Below are positions 52,740 to 64,000 of a DNA stretch of 64,000 nt, piece after piece. The notes beneath the pieces were generated by a model. The model had not been told where the DNA came from. It worked only from the letters and a program-made list of their open reading frames with translations, and searched no databases. Made by a program: the position numbers and the translations under genes. This DNA is from Tubiluchus corallicola (lineage: Eukaryota > Animalia > Priapulida), in NCBI GenBank assembly GCA_030141605.1, contig JAQGDQ010000071.1, positions 58,821 to 122,820 of the forward strand, written 5' to 3'. How positions within the stretch are numbered: position 1 is the stretch's first letter; the number at the start of each line of letters is the position of its first letter.

Positions 52740-54030
52740 AGATAAAGGAAAACGACTTGAAAAACATTATACATCTAAACAAAGTAACCACATATAAGTG
52801 GAATAATGGTTCATGCACAACAAACGCATACAACAGAGCAACGTACATATATATTATAATCTTAATATTACATGTATTACAGCTAATCCGCTAATCAAGC
52901 TTGCACTAAGTTATCACTGTCGGGCTTATCTTCAAATATTTTGTTGATCAATCTAGCATTAATTTGAACAACTTCTACATCATTCATGAAAAACATGAAC
53001 TGCTCATTGGAAGACAAATAATGAAAGTTAGGTCAAAAATCAGAAAGAAAACCAAAACATTCCTCTCTTACATGAGCGCACAGTTGGCATTCAGTAATTA
53101 CATGCAATTCATCCTCTACTTTGTTCAAACAACAATTTTTACATATTTGTTGTTCTACGGGTATTTCTTCTGCGTATGATATCTGCAGATTTCAGTTGCC
53201 ATTTTATGAGCACTAATACGAAATCTCGTTAAGTTAGTTTTGACCTGGTTTCGAAATACCAATCAGCAAATAATTTCCCATCTTATAAGAATTTTTAAAA
53301 TGTTTATACGTTCTAAGTTTATTTACTATTTTCATTCGGTTGCAGCCATTACTGTCTATTCCGAGCTTCAAGTTTATCATAGATGGCTTTGATAAATTTC
53401 CTTTTATTAAATGTACAGTGGTTCTCCCAAACATGTGCAAAGTACAAAAAACAAACAAAAAAAATTAATAAACGTAGCCCACAAAAGTGCACCACCTGCG
53501 GTAATGCCTTTAGAAAGAACATAAGCATCTTTTGCGAGGCTATTGTCAGATGCCTCCAAGAGATGGAGCCACAAATTCAGGCAATTTGTTGCTGCATTAA
53601 TAAACAACGGAAATTGACTTAGTTCACCTCTCACAGCATTTCGAGCTGCTTAGGAACCAGCATTCAACTACAAGCGACACATTTTTGCATTAACACTTTG
53701 AGATTTCAACACGTCATAACATGATTCTGAATAGATCGGTTCATTATTCTTCAAAAATTACAAGAATATGGTAGCCATGTGTCTGAAGCATACAAGCATA
53801 TAGGTCTGATGTCAGCTTCAAAAATTCTAATTGCTACCCGTAGATTAATATTATAGGAAAATAAAGTCTGGCGCAGTAAATTTATACATTTCATACCTTT
53901 ATCTTTTAAGGTGTAATGCTAAAAAGACAAGAATTATTAAACTCTAATCCTAAATATTTATATTTCTTTACATTCATCAGTTTCATGCCGTTAAAGTAAA
54001 AATTATAACTTTTTATAGTTTTTGAGTACT
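52740..54030 (-). mobile_element. Non-LTR retrotransposon ORF2 3' remnant with decayed CCHC knuckle
   Basis: VKKYKYLGLEF, MRGELSQFPL, RFRISAHKMATEICRY...EDELHVITEC. Confidence 0.7.
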
Positions 54031-54269
54031 TACCAAGTACATGGTGCCAATTCTCTGGATATATATATATGTTTATTGACTGATTAAGAGATAGTCGACC
54101 ATGATATTTTGGTTCAGTCCATAGATCACTACAAAAAGGACTTTTGATCATATAACATGATCATTTCTGTCAAAAAATAACTGAAGAATTATTTACAAAT
54201 TCTCACTACACACTGATTATTGCCTAACATGATCATTACTGTCCAAAAACAGCTAAAGAGTTATATACA

Positions 54270-54755
54270 AATTTACAATATGACATTGGGTTTCCATTGA
54301 CAAATTCATGCAGATCGTTGAAGTTCAGTTCAGTGTTATCTTAAGGTGATTCGTAAGTGGACAAAAATAGATAACATGCTCTTCTGTTTGAATGTTTAAT
54401 CCAGGACAGGAGCATAGCCTGTCTTGTCTTTTTATCCTTGCCGATCTTCCAGTCTCAATAAGTAGGTTATGTGAGGAGAGGCGTAACCAGGATGTTTTAA
54501 TCCTATGAAGCTAATTTACTTTAACGCAATACATTGCACTGGCAGATAGTTCGGGATTCAGATAGAGATATGTGCACAGTTTTGTTCTTTCGAAATCTCT
54601 GATTTGTTGTTTCGTGTTCTCGAGGTCGTCAGAGATAATATCTGTTTTACGAAGGATAGCTTTCACATATTGTACACATGGCGTGTTCGCTTCCGAGCAC
54701 AAATGCCATACGATTGAAAATGGGTCATCGGGCTCGTTGGCTCTCGATTCAATTA
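54270..54755 (-). mobile_element. Second non-LTR retrotransposon 3' remnant with CCHC knuckle
   Basis: TYLYLNPELS...LRLSSHNLLIETGR...RLCSC...QTEEHVIYFCPLT. Confidence 0.72.
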
Positions 54756-55040
54756 TACAGGCCGCTGTATCTCAATCACTCTGTGGGTCGCAAACGGCTT
54801 CCAGAAGTGAGCATCTTAACGAATCCAAGATAATGCAATGGCTGACCAAAATAGGACAGGGCAACAGCTAAAGACAGCTAAAGTACAAATAAATGTATAC
54901 AGCCTAGTAGCAAGAACTGCAGCCATTAATTCCAAACGAGGCAATGTCAAAAGAGGCTTTACAGGAGCTACTTTTGCTTTAGCCACAAGAAGAATGAACC
55001 TATCTGAATTCTTCGCATATACTGCAGCTGCATAAGCCAT
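54756..55040 (-). mobile_element. BEL/Pao LTR retrotransposon RNase H-region fragment
   Basis: AYAAAVY...LLVAKAKVAPVK...TLPRLELMAAVLATRL...IALSWIR*...WKPFATHRVIEIQ. Confidence 0.85.
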
Positions 55041-55570
55041 AATCAAGTCAAATTGAACTTTTGTCAAGTCAAATTGAGCCACAGTCAAGTCAAACTGAGC
55101 CATGATCAAATTAGATTGAGCCATAATCAAGCCAAATAATGATAACTATAATTACCTTAATATGAAACACAATCACTTACTGAGATTTGCTTGTTTGTTT
55201 GTTTGTTTGTTTTTTATTCATTCACTTATTCATTCTCTCAAAGGAAATGATTGGGCCTTTAAGATGAATATCGCAAATAATTAAATGCTTTAAAACTATC
55301 AGTTATGTAAAATTGATAATTGATTGGTTATGTAAATACTGTTTTTATACTGCTAAAGATATTAACTCTCACTGTTATATGTACAACATGTACAGTTGAA
55401 TTTAGAAATTGTTTTATTTAAAAAAAATAAAATATTTACTGATTTTAGAGGTTTGTCATCTAAATGTAAACTGAAATGTAGCTACAGAAAACATGCCTCA
55501 AATAGAAAACAAATTTTAAAATAAATCATCAAAGTTTTATAAACAAACTTCATATTGCACATTTGAATAA
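55033..55570 (+). repeat. Repeat with 21-bp minisatellite head (GTCAAATCAAACTGAGCCATA); paralogue at 57925-58540
   Basis: Both sites share 21-bp units followed by the same flank (...TGAAA(C/T)ACAATCACT...GAGAT...TTTGTTTG). Confidence 0.8.
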
Positions 55571-55646
55571 ACTATATTGTTTGCCAGAAAAAGTTATTTA
55601 GCTTATAAGATTAGGCTATTTGGAATTACCTACACAATATAAGTAC

Positions 55647-55782
55647 ACTAACCTTAACCTGAACCTAACCCTAATCCTAAACTTAACCCACCCTAACCCT
55701 AATCCTAAACCTAACATACCCTAACCCTAATCCTAACCCTAACCCAAACCCTAACTCTAACCCCAATCCTAATCCTGATCCT
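55647..55782. repeat. Degenerate (CCCTAA)n telomere-like tract
   Basis: CCCTAA/TCCTAA/ACCTAA hexamers in tandem. Confidence 0.85.
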
Positions 55783-56288
55783 TATTATAATAATACGTTA
55801 AAAAATTCAATTTACGTTGGGGTTATATTAGCCGTTAAAATATTTTGGAACGTGATCGTTTAAAGAATTAGAGTTCATCGAATTTAATATGTGATGAGAG
55901 CGTTTTTGCGTTGGGGTTTGTGAGCTGTTGCAACTTTTCTCAATATCGGACCCCCAAATTAGTTCTAGTCCAATTACCTTATCCTGTTAAAAAAAACTTT
56001 TATTTTAACAATAGTTTTTGAAGAAACTGCAAAGAAAAACTTTGCAAAACTGAAATATGATGTAGACGTAGATGTAGATCTCTTGACGTACAAGGATCCA
56101 ACACTTTGAACACTACTTCACACAGAGAATTTTGTCAAGATAGGCATCAACTCCTCAATAACCAGGCTTTAGCTTATAGCTGAATAACTTGTCCTGCATG
56201 TTGAATTTCTACGGACTTTTTGGCATTTCTTTCGTTTGTCTAGTTCAGTTTAATCCACAAATAATTTTAAAGTTTATTTTTGTTCTAG

Positions 56289-56887
56289 GTACTACTACAT
56301 AACTGTTTTACGGGAACCCATGCAACGGTTTCTCAGTGAGTATGCAAACGTAGCACGGGGAGCTACTTGGCCAGGATCACTCCATAAATGCAACGGACGT
56401 CGACCCACGCATAGCGAACTTCCAGTGTGCTGGAAAGGGTCTTCATGGAAAGGAGTCACTTTAGATGAGTTTCTAAGCTGTGAATCAAATCTAGCCCAAA
56501 ATCGGCAAACTCGAATGCTCAGTGATTTGACACTAGTGGGCTGTTATGATAAATCTCTCATTCCTAAAGAAGACAGAGATAGGATTATGCTACAAAGTGC
56601 TAAATTCAACCTTGAAAATTTTGCTTATTTTGGATTGGCAGAAGAACAATTGAAGTCACAATGTCTCTTTGAAAAGACATTTAATATAAGCTTCAGAAGG
56701 GCTTTTGACCAGGTCGAAGCAAAAGGCACATTTGCAAACAACGTAACTCAAACAGACTAACATACAAACAGAACGAGTCAAACAACAAAATAAGCTTGAT
56801 GTTCAGTTATATGAATTTGCAAAACAGCTGTTTATGAAAAGATTTGATCAAATTAAAAGCACCTGCTTGGTGACAGGCAAACAGTAA
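56289..56887 (+). CDS. HS6ST: HS6ST exon 2: 3'-PB motif and catalytic C-terminal half (frameshift at ~56750)
   Basis: TTCTAG|G acceptor in phase 2; RYYYITVLREPMQRFLSEY...RGATW...CNGRRPT...NLAQNRQTRMLSDLTLVGCY...FGLAEEQ...LFEKTF. After TAA 56758-56760 the +1 frame gives TNIQTERVKQQNKLDVQLYEFAKQLFMKRF...* (56885-56887). Confidence 0.93.
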
Positions 56888-57924
56888 TATAATACCCAAA
56901 AATGTTTACGAAAAAGATAAGCATTTGGCAACTGTTTGTGTCGTGTTGACAAAAGGTATAACAGTTGAATTATGACTATTTATACCATACAGCTATTTAT
57001 TTATGACATAATTATGACATACAGCTATAGCTTTCACATTACTGCAGCCATGCAGTCCTGCTTCACACACTGAGTACTTTTGCACGCTAATACAAATCAG
57101 ACAACAATTCAATAGTGCTGCCATCTATTAGTGGCAATACATACTTTACAGCAACGAAGACCAGTTGAGGTAAAGTCTACACTTAAGTAACAATAGTACA
57201 GATTAAATGATTGAATAAGATTATCGCGGCTTGACGAACTCCATGTCCAAGCCTAAACACTACAGACAAAATCTTCGGTCGTTCACAACGACAGTTTGTA
57301 ATTCTATAAAAGTTTCAAATAAAAGTGTGTTATGCGTTATTCTGCAAACATAGATATTACTGAACCTCTTCATAATAAAATACTCTAACACGTGGCATTG
57401 CACTTTATTCTAACTCCTTTTCTGATAATTTGAATCGTTTTAATTGTTTTGCCAGATTGCCAAATTTTTGAGTCAGAGATCAGTAACAACCCAGAGGTTG
57501 ACTAAATCCAGAAGTTTCAATATCTGAATGCCGATTGGTGCAGTTTTGTAGACTATAGAAGGATGCGCTGATACCGCATGGATTTATTCTACTCTGATTT
57601 CTCCGCAAAGAAACATTTTGGCAACAAGAAAATTATTTATCATCACTATTTAAAAGAACTAACCGTACTTTGTAAAGCTTTACAACTGTGCTTGATAATA
57701 TGGAGTCCCACTTTTGCAGTTTTGAAGCAGCTAGTCAAATACTTGATTTACGCATTTTAACACGATCTGTTGTCAAAGTTACCGTGAGCCCGCAGCCCAA
57801 AGGCGCAGCATAGAAAACATGAGGGCCTGTTGGTAGCAGTAGAGTTTGCCCTGCTTCTCTATATGCCTAAATTTACTGATGAGAAACAATTCTTCATTAC
57901 CACTTCACCATTTCCATTTCATGT

Positions 57925-58120
57925 TGAGCCACAGTCAAGTCAAGTCAAGCCAAATCAAACTGAGCCATAGTCAAATCCAACAGAGTCATAGTCAAATCAA
58001 ACTGAGCCATAGTCAAATCAATCTGAGTCATAGTCAAATCAAACTGAGCCATAGTCAAATCAAACTGAGCCATAGTCAAATCAAATTGAGCCACGGGCAT
58101 GTCAAGTTGAGCCATAATCA
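57925..58120. repeat. 21-bp minisatellite (~9 copies)
   Basis: GTCAAATCAAACTGAGCCATA units; explains the SHSQIKL repeat in ORF 57846. Confidence 0.9.
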
Positions 58121-60081
58121 AGTGAAAATAATGATAGTTTAATCACCTTGACATGAAATACAATCACTCATCGAGATCTGCTAGTTTGCTTATTTGTTTG
58201 TTTGCTTATCATTCAGGCGCCCGAAATAAAAAGTCGAAACTTTAAGATAAATGTTTCAAATGAAAGGATTTTAGACCTATAAAGACATAAAGTTAAATCT
58301 TCAAAGTGAAAGTAAATGTTATAGTCTTGGAATACCATATTCGGTAAAGCTCGGTGCAAATGTACAGTTCAATCTAAAGATTGATTGATTTAACAGAAAG
58401 TTAATAAAAAATCAAAAGTTAAAGCATTGTTCTAATAATAAAAAACGATCAAATTGTGCTGAATCATTAAAGTTTCATAAAACATAACCAACTATTAATT
58501 AGGCTAATTATAAATCAAAAATAATTTCATTGTCACATTTAATTGCAGATCATAAAAACGATGTTATAATAGCAATATCACGGATTCCGTGAATGGGTTC
58601 AACTTTGCCGCTAGCATTTCGTTCATAATATGGCTAACCAGTTTATTCCGGTTCCTGCAGTCAGCGCAAACCTACTAGGAGGCGCTCAGGCTGTAATTTT
58701 ACATAAAGTTAACCTTAAATCAATTATAACTATAAATTGGGTCTTCAAGCTGAAGTTATAAATTTTATCGTCACCTCTGTACAGTGACCAGCTTGCGATC
58801 TGATATGCAACGCCATATGATTCGTTAGGTTAATTTCTCCGTTTTTTAAATACTAGTGTAGAAAACTGGCTATTTGTTTTACAGATTTTATTTTCCACTC
58901 ATTTTAAAAAAGGTGAAACTGCAATGAAAGAAGAAAAAAGAACTCCAAACAAAAATAAATCAATAACAGACGTGCAAAAAAGTAAAAAAAGGAACAAGCA
59001 TTAGCAAATTAACAAGCATACTGAAGCAGCATTTACTAATAAATAAACTTCCTGACATATCACAAATCAACATGTACGCCTACACAAAAACACGCATATG
59101 CATGTGCAGTTGCAAAAATCAATAATTAGGCATCACTGTAACACTATTAGAAACTATTAAGCTGACAAAAAAATTACTGCAAAGCTTTGCATAAAAATGA
59201 AGAAACATATGAACTTACAAACGTTTGAGGATCTGTAGAAAAAAACTTTAAGCCAGTTTTCAGAAATCAACAGAGACATACTGATTTTACAACAGTGGCA
59301 AACTGACCTCACAACTACTGGCCTCTTTACCACTAAAACAGGATCTTTTCCTATTCTAAGGCTATCTAACCTCTCATACAAGAGCGGCCAAGCATGTCAA
59401 ACAAACTCTACAGGTAATGCAAAAATGAAAAATGACGCTCTAGAATCAACACACCTGGCTTCACTGCACCCAAGCTAGCCTGAGAGATAACAACTAATGT
59501 GCTAATTTGAATGCGTTATATGCATAATGATTAAATACTCATAGAGTGAACATAAAATTAGTGCATTTGGCATCGTGCTTAATTTGATAGTTATGCGATA
59601 ATCGGTGCTGTAATTTTGCGTTTGATTGTCTATTTGTTCATTGCCTAGTGTGACATATTAATTTGAAATGTAATTTTAATTACAAGTAATAAAGTATAAA
59701 AAGAACTTTTACAAGTTCGTGACATAGTGCCGAAGAGCACTGTACCGCTTTGAAGTTGGAGACAATTACGTTCTCTTAACTGTTAGTGAAACTGGCCCCA
59801 GTTGTCGTACGAGAGGTGTCGTAAGCTTTGTAACCTGAATCTAGGACCAACTGTTTGAAATAATAACAATGCAGCACTCCCAGTATGCTCCTTACGCCAT
59901 TTGATCGTTGGAATCGGATATTGCGCCACAGTCATTAATGTGCGAGCGTTGAACGCCAAATTCCGCTCAATCTTGGTCAATTACGTTCAGTTCTCTGAGC
60001 AAAATAGGAAGAGAATTCAACGTGTTCACACCAAAAAAAATAATTTTGCTTTTTATTTTGACAGTTAGTTACTAAACAAAA

Positions 60082-60896
60082 ATGGTGAAGCAAAAATCGA
60101 GGAAATATTTGACGGCAAGGTGTATAGTGTTTGTGTTGCCTATGTTTTTAACAATATTGCTGGCGAGAACAATGATTTTTTACCATCCAAGTGCAAGACG
60201 TAGCTTTTCAAATCAAACTCAGCAGTTGAATATCCATAAAAACGTTGATTCTGCTGCGTTAATAATTATCACTGTTCCTTACCGTACAAAAATTATTAAA
60301 GAAATAGAAACAGTTTTGTATTTTAACCGCTTTAATTTTCATTTACATTTTGGAAGCTCGAAACTGCCATCACTCACACATAATGTAACATTTGCTAAAT
60401 ATTCATTAGTTATATTTGCTAATGCAAATGATTACTTTTTCAGCTTTAGCAAACACGAGCGAGAAAAATTGAATTTTTATTGTCGCGAATTTAATGTTGG
60501 CATAATTTTTTTCCAAACTTCTCAGAATGCTATAAATGTAGCGTGGTATCCATTGATAGCAAGACCAAACTTTACAATAAGCGATTATGAATTAAACATA
60601 TTTTCTCCAGTGTTTCGCATTACACGAGCTGGCCAAATTTACCATGGACTCATTGACGGACGTTGGTCTGCGTTTCAAACTGACCACATTTCATTTGAGC
60701 CGATAGCGTGCGCTAGATCGCTAAACAAAAATGGTATTAATGAATCGGTGATCACAGTGATTGAGGACAAAGGACTGGTTGACGGTATTAGAAGGATATT
60801 CTTCAGACAAGACTTTTCATTTTGGTTGCATCGTCCAGTTTTTCTTGACGCCGTTTCATACTTGTCAAGAGGGAAGATGTCGACATCTTTAGAGAG
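60082..60896 (+). CDS. NDST: Heparan sulfate N-deacetylase/N-sulfotransferase, coding exon 1
   Basis: Type II anchor; LPSLT, KYSLVIF, YCREFNVGIIFF, SPVFRITRAG, TVIEDKGLVDGIRRIFF, FWLHRPVFLDAVSYLS (HSNSD N-terminal domain). TTTTGACAG acceptor at 60064; donor AG|GTAAGA at 60896/60897. Confidence 0.93.
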
Positions 60897-61089
60897 GTAA
60901 GACATGTAAGCAAACTAATTATTTATGAACCAAATTAGTTTCGATGTTTTTATTAATCTAATGCCATCATGCAGCCTGACATGTCACCTGTCTTTCCTAC
61001 GTTGAATTTTCCTTTCGTTTCAATTGAAATGATGCACTACAATGTTAAGCTTTTTTATAAGTATCAAGCGAATGAGTGACCAAATTATC

Positions 61090-61650
61090 TGTCAACACTA
61101 AAAAAACTAAATACATGCTTCTCACTAATGGTAAAAATTAACCTGATATTAATGTTAAAGTGGGTACTAATACTATTGAGCGCGCAGTTGAAGTGAAATA
61201 TTTAGGTGTATTGGTTTCCCATAAGATAACCAAATAAACAGTCTTGGTATGTAGAGTTATATATTACTTAGATGCTTCATCCATTAGGCTATTATATACA
61301 AGTCTATTCATGCCACATTTACTCTACTGCATATTAGCCCGGGGCTGCGCTGGTGTCACAATAATCCACTCTGTAACCTCAGCACAAAACCGTACGATAT
61401 AAATTATTACTCTAACACACAGGACCACACGACACATTTATATTTTAATCTCGACCTTCTAAAACTTCAAGACATTTACCAGCTTGAACTGGCAAAGTTT
61501 ATGCTCGAATTAAATCACCAAATGCTGCCATCTCCATTCTCAAATTATTACACCACTGCTTCTACTGTACATCGTTACTCAACCAGATTTGCATATAGTC
61601 AGTCATATTTCATTGAAAGATTCGAAACTAAGATGACCGTATGGTCCCTT
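61090..61650 (+). mobile_element. CR1/L2-group LINE 3' remnant in NDST intron 1
   Basis: VKYLGV, LLYTSLFMPH, LLKLQDIYQLELAKFM...LPSPFSNYY...VHRYSTR. Confidence 0.7.
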
Positions 61651-61763
61651 CGCTGCCCCTTCTCCGTTACATAATTTTACTTTATATTACAAAATTGCAG
61701 AAATTGTTGCTTTTTGTAAAGTGGGAGGGAGAGGAAGGCGGGAGAGGGAAGTAGGAAGGGGAA

Positions 61764-61796
<33 letters not shown>

Positions 61797-61854
61797 AGGG
61801 GAAGGAGGGGAGTTTTAATACTATTTTATTGGGTAATAAACATAATATATGATG

Positions 61855-61892
61855 GCACACACACACGCACATGCACACGCACACGCACACGC

Positions 61893-61970
<78 letters not shown>

Positions 61971-62024
61971 GCACGCACGCACACACACACACATACACAC
62001 ACACGCACACACACACACACACAC
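61855..62024. repeat. (CA)n microsatellite
   Basis: Direct read. Confidence 0.97.
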
Positions 62025-62179
62025 CAGGCTTTATGAAGCAATATTTAAATTACAGTATTTTTTAAATTGCCATATCTTCTCAATGATTGTGTGAAGTAAT
62101 ATGTGATATTTAATATTTCAGTACCGCCTTTTCCTATTAAAAACAAAAAATATCATCGTCTGTCATATGGGAAAAATCA

Positions 62180-62215
<36 letters not shown>

Positions 62216-62304
62216 GTCAAAATAGATATTATATTTATTTATAGTTAGTAGTAATACGGCAATGTTCGGCAAATGCCTTTACAAATGCCTTTGTAAAATT
62301 TCAG

Positions 62305-62377
62305 ATTCATTCAAGTTGATATTGATGATGTATTTTTTGGTGCATTTGGATCAAAAATGACGGAAAACGATGTGCAG
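62305..62377 (+). CDS. NDST: NDST coding exon 2 (RFIQVDIDDVFFGAFGSKMTENDVQ)
   Basis: TTTCAG acceptor (phase 2), CAG|GTGGGA donor (phase 0); contains the deacetylase VDIDD motif. Not in the ORF track. Confidence 0.9.
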
Positions 62378-63745
62378 GTGGGAATTTTGGCTGTGTTGCC
62401 TGCTAACTAGTTTGTAGTTCAGCTTCGAAGAAAACAATCATGTTTTCATGCACAGTAATAAGCACGATTTTTAAATCAAATTACAAAAACCCTCCTATAA
62501 TTCCTGGTAGATGGAAAAGTAATGCCTTAAGAGTTTGGTGCGAAAATTGTTACAATCATTTTGATTTCATCCTCATAAGGTTCAAAGTTGTTTGGCCCAA
62601 ACAAAAACACATATTTTGATAATTCATTTTCACATTAAATTTAGAAAACAAAGTTTTCTAAGACCTGTCTAAGCCATACTAAACTATCTCATGACAGTGA
62701 AAAGCAACCTTATTTCAGCACAGCAGCAAGCAACGGATATGCATTTGACAAACACAAAAAAATATTATAGATCTTCCAGTAAACCTCAAGTTAACTTTTC
62801 ATCACAACCTGATGGACAATGCAGCTCTGAGACTCGCAGTTTGAGAAAGACTGTTTTGACTTGCCAAGAACTAATGGTAAAAGGATTACCTTAAAACATA
62901 GGATAATTATGTGTTAAAAGGTACTGTCTTATTCTGCAAAAAATATATTAATATCTGAAAATTGTTTTAAATTAATGGACTCCCTCGGTTGCAACTAGAA
63001 AAGGGTTCTTCAGTATATGCTGCTTGTTTTCAGAAGCTGAACTTATTAGTTTCCTGCGTGTACTTAAGCGAGATAGAGTTACCAATGAAAATTGCTAAAC
63101 ACCTCAAAACATGCAGAACAAGAGGAAAAAGCTGCGATTACGAGGTCACAGATATTATTACCCTACCTGTAAACTATTGAATAGCTTATCTGGGTATTGG
63201 TATGCGATTAGCTGTGAGTGGCTGAATAGACCCTCCTGTGGACTTACTAGGTTTGTCTGAAAATTTTGCCTGAAATTTGGCTAAAAATGGAGTTACTAGG
63301 TTTTTTAATTTGCCTGGAACTCACCTAAAATGCATCAGATAGTCAAAGCTGGTGCTAAGATGCAAAACGGTACTCAGTATGCTCTGATATCTGCAATTTA
63401 GTTTTGCCCAAAAATGGATGTATACTAGGTTTTTCCTAGTGTAAGGAAAGGAAGCTCAGCATAGCTATATCTAGAGGAGTAACGTTATTATCCTTCTAGT
63501 AATAACACCTTCGATCATTTAAACAAACACGTGCAGATACAACAACCGGGTTTTCAACATACTGCTCTAATTACTTAATTTAGGGAAAGTAAAGCAACTG
63601 GACAACTTTGACAGGAGCACCAAGACAATAACAAAGTTGTCAAACAATTAAAAAACAACAAACTGTCTCAATCCCACATAAGCATACCGTTATGATGAAG
63701 TGGCGAAGTGACTGTAAATGATGATGATTTTTTTTTTACTTTCAG

Positions 63746-63872
63746 TCTCTGATAGATACGCAACAAAGAATTCGAAAATATGTTCGTAATTTCTCCTTCT
63801 TTCTGGGCTACACCGGAAGTTATTACCACACAGGGACAGAACAGGAAAAGAAAGGAGACGATGCACTGATAA
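63746..63872 (+). CDS. NDST: NDST coding exon 3 (SLIDTQQRIRKYVRNFSFFLGYTGSYYHTGTEQEKKGDDALI); gene continues beyond the window
   Basis: Long T tract plus TTCAG acceptor (phase 0), A|GTATGA donor (phase 1); matches the recalled NDST segment ALxDTQ...NFTFNLGYSGKFFHTGT...GDD. Confidence 0.9.
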
Positions 63873-64000
63873 GTATGATTACTCACTACTTAGCATATTC
63901 CTAATATCAGTTTGCATAGTTAGTAAGTTAGCGCACGTTCAACTGCTTGTGGTGTATTATCAGAATCAAGGCGGAATGTGTAGCTCTTCATTTTGCTCTA

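Larger units (their letters stand above)
50515..56887 (+). pseudogene. HS6ST: Heparan sulfate 6-O-sulfotransferase gene, 2 coding exons, two frameshifts as assembled (pseudogene, null allele or assembly error)
   Basis: See the exon entries. Frameshifts at ~50743-50744 and ~56746-56755. Family identity is certain; pseudogene status is not. Confidence 0.6.

Noticed and set aside
50740-56760. Programmed ribosomal frameshifting as the explanation for HS6ST
   Set aside because: No slippery heptamer or shared signal at either site; the two events differ in size and context.
59783-59980. ORF containing YPIPTI
   Set aside because: At most a tiny LTR-retrotransposon RT remnant; not enough evidence to annotate.

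Overview
AT-rich, repeat-dense animal genomic DNA (probably a marine invertebrate; GT-AG introns, no prokaryotic features, no rRNA/tRNA/CRISPR). I rebuilt three spliced genes by hand. (1) An intact 7-exon minus-strand gene (9391->161, 251 aa), mostly missed by the ORF track, encodes a secreted pentraxin-fold protein lacking the canonical Ca2+-binding loop. (2) A 2-exon heparan sulfate 6-O-sulfotransferase (HS6ST, 50515-56887) has one frameshift in each exon. (3) The first three coding exons of a divergent heparan sulfate N-deacetylase/N-sulfotransferase (NDST, 60082->63872, running off the window) lie about 3.2 kb downstream on the same strand. A decayed Sulfotransfer_2/CHST-type gene (~23.9-24.8 kb) and a decayed DUF1647-like exon (~48.7-48.9 kb) are also present, so the window may hold a physical cluster of Golgi glycan-sulfation genes. 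The rest is mobile DNA: RTE-X-like and other LINE remnants, solo LTRs, Gypsy and BEL/Pao fragments, a TTAA-flanked Kolobok-type family, a foldback element carrying a 115/102-bp satellite that also occurs as a free array, multi-kb local duplications and many micro/minisatellites. Family calls rest on motif recognition from memory; no database search was run.
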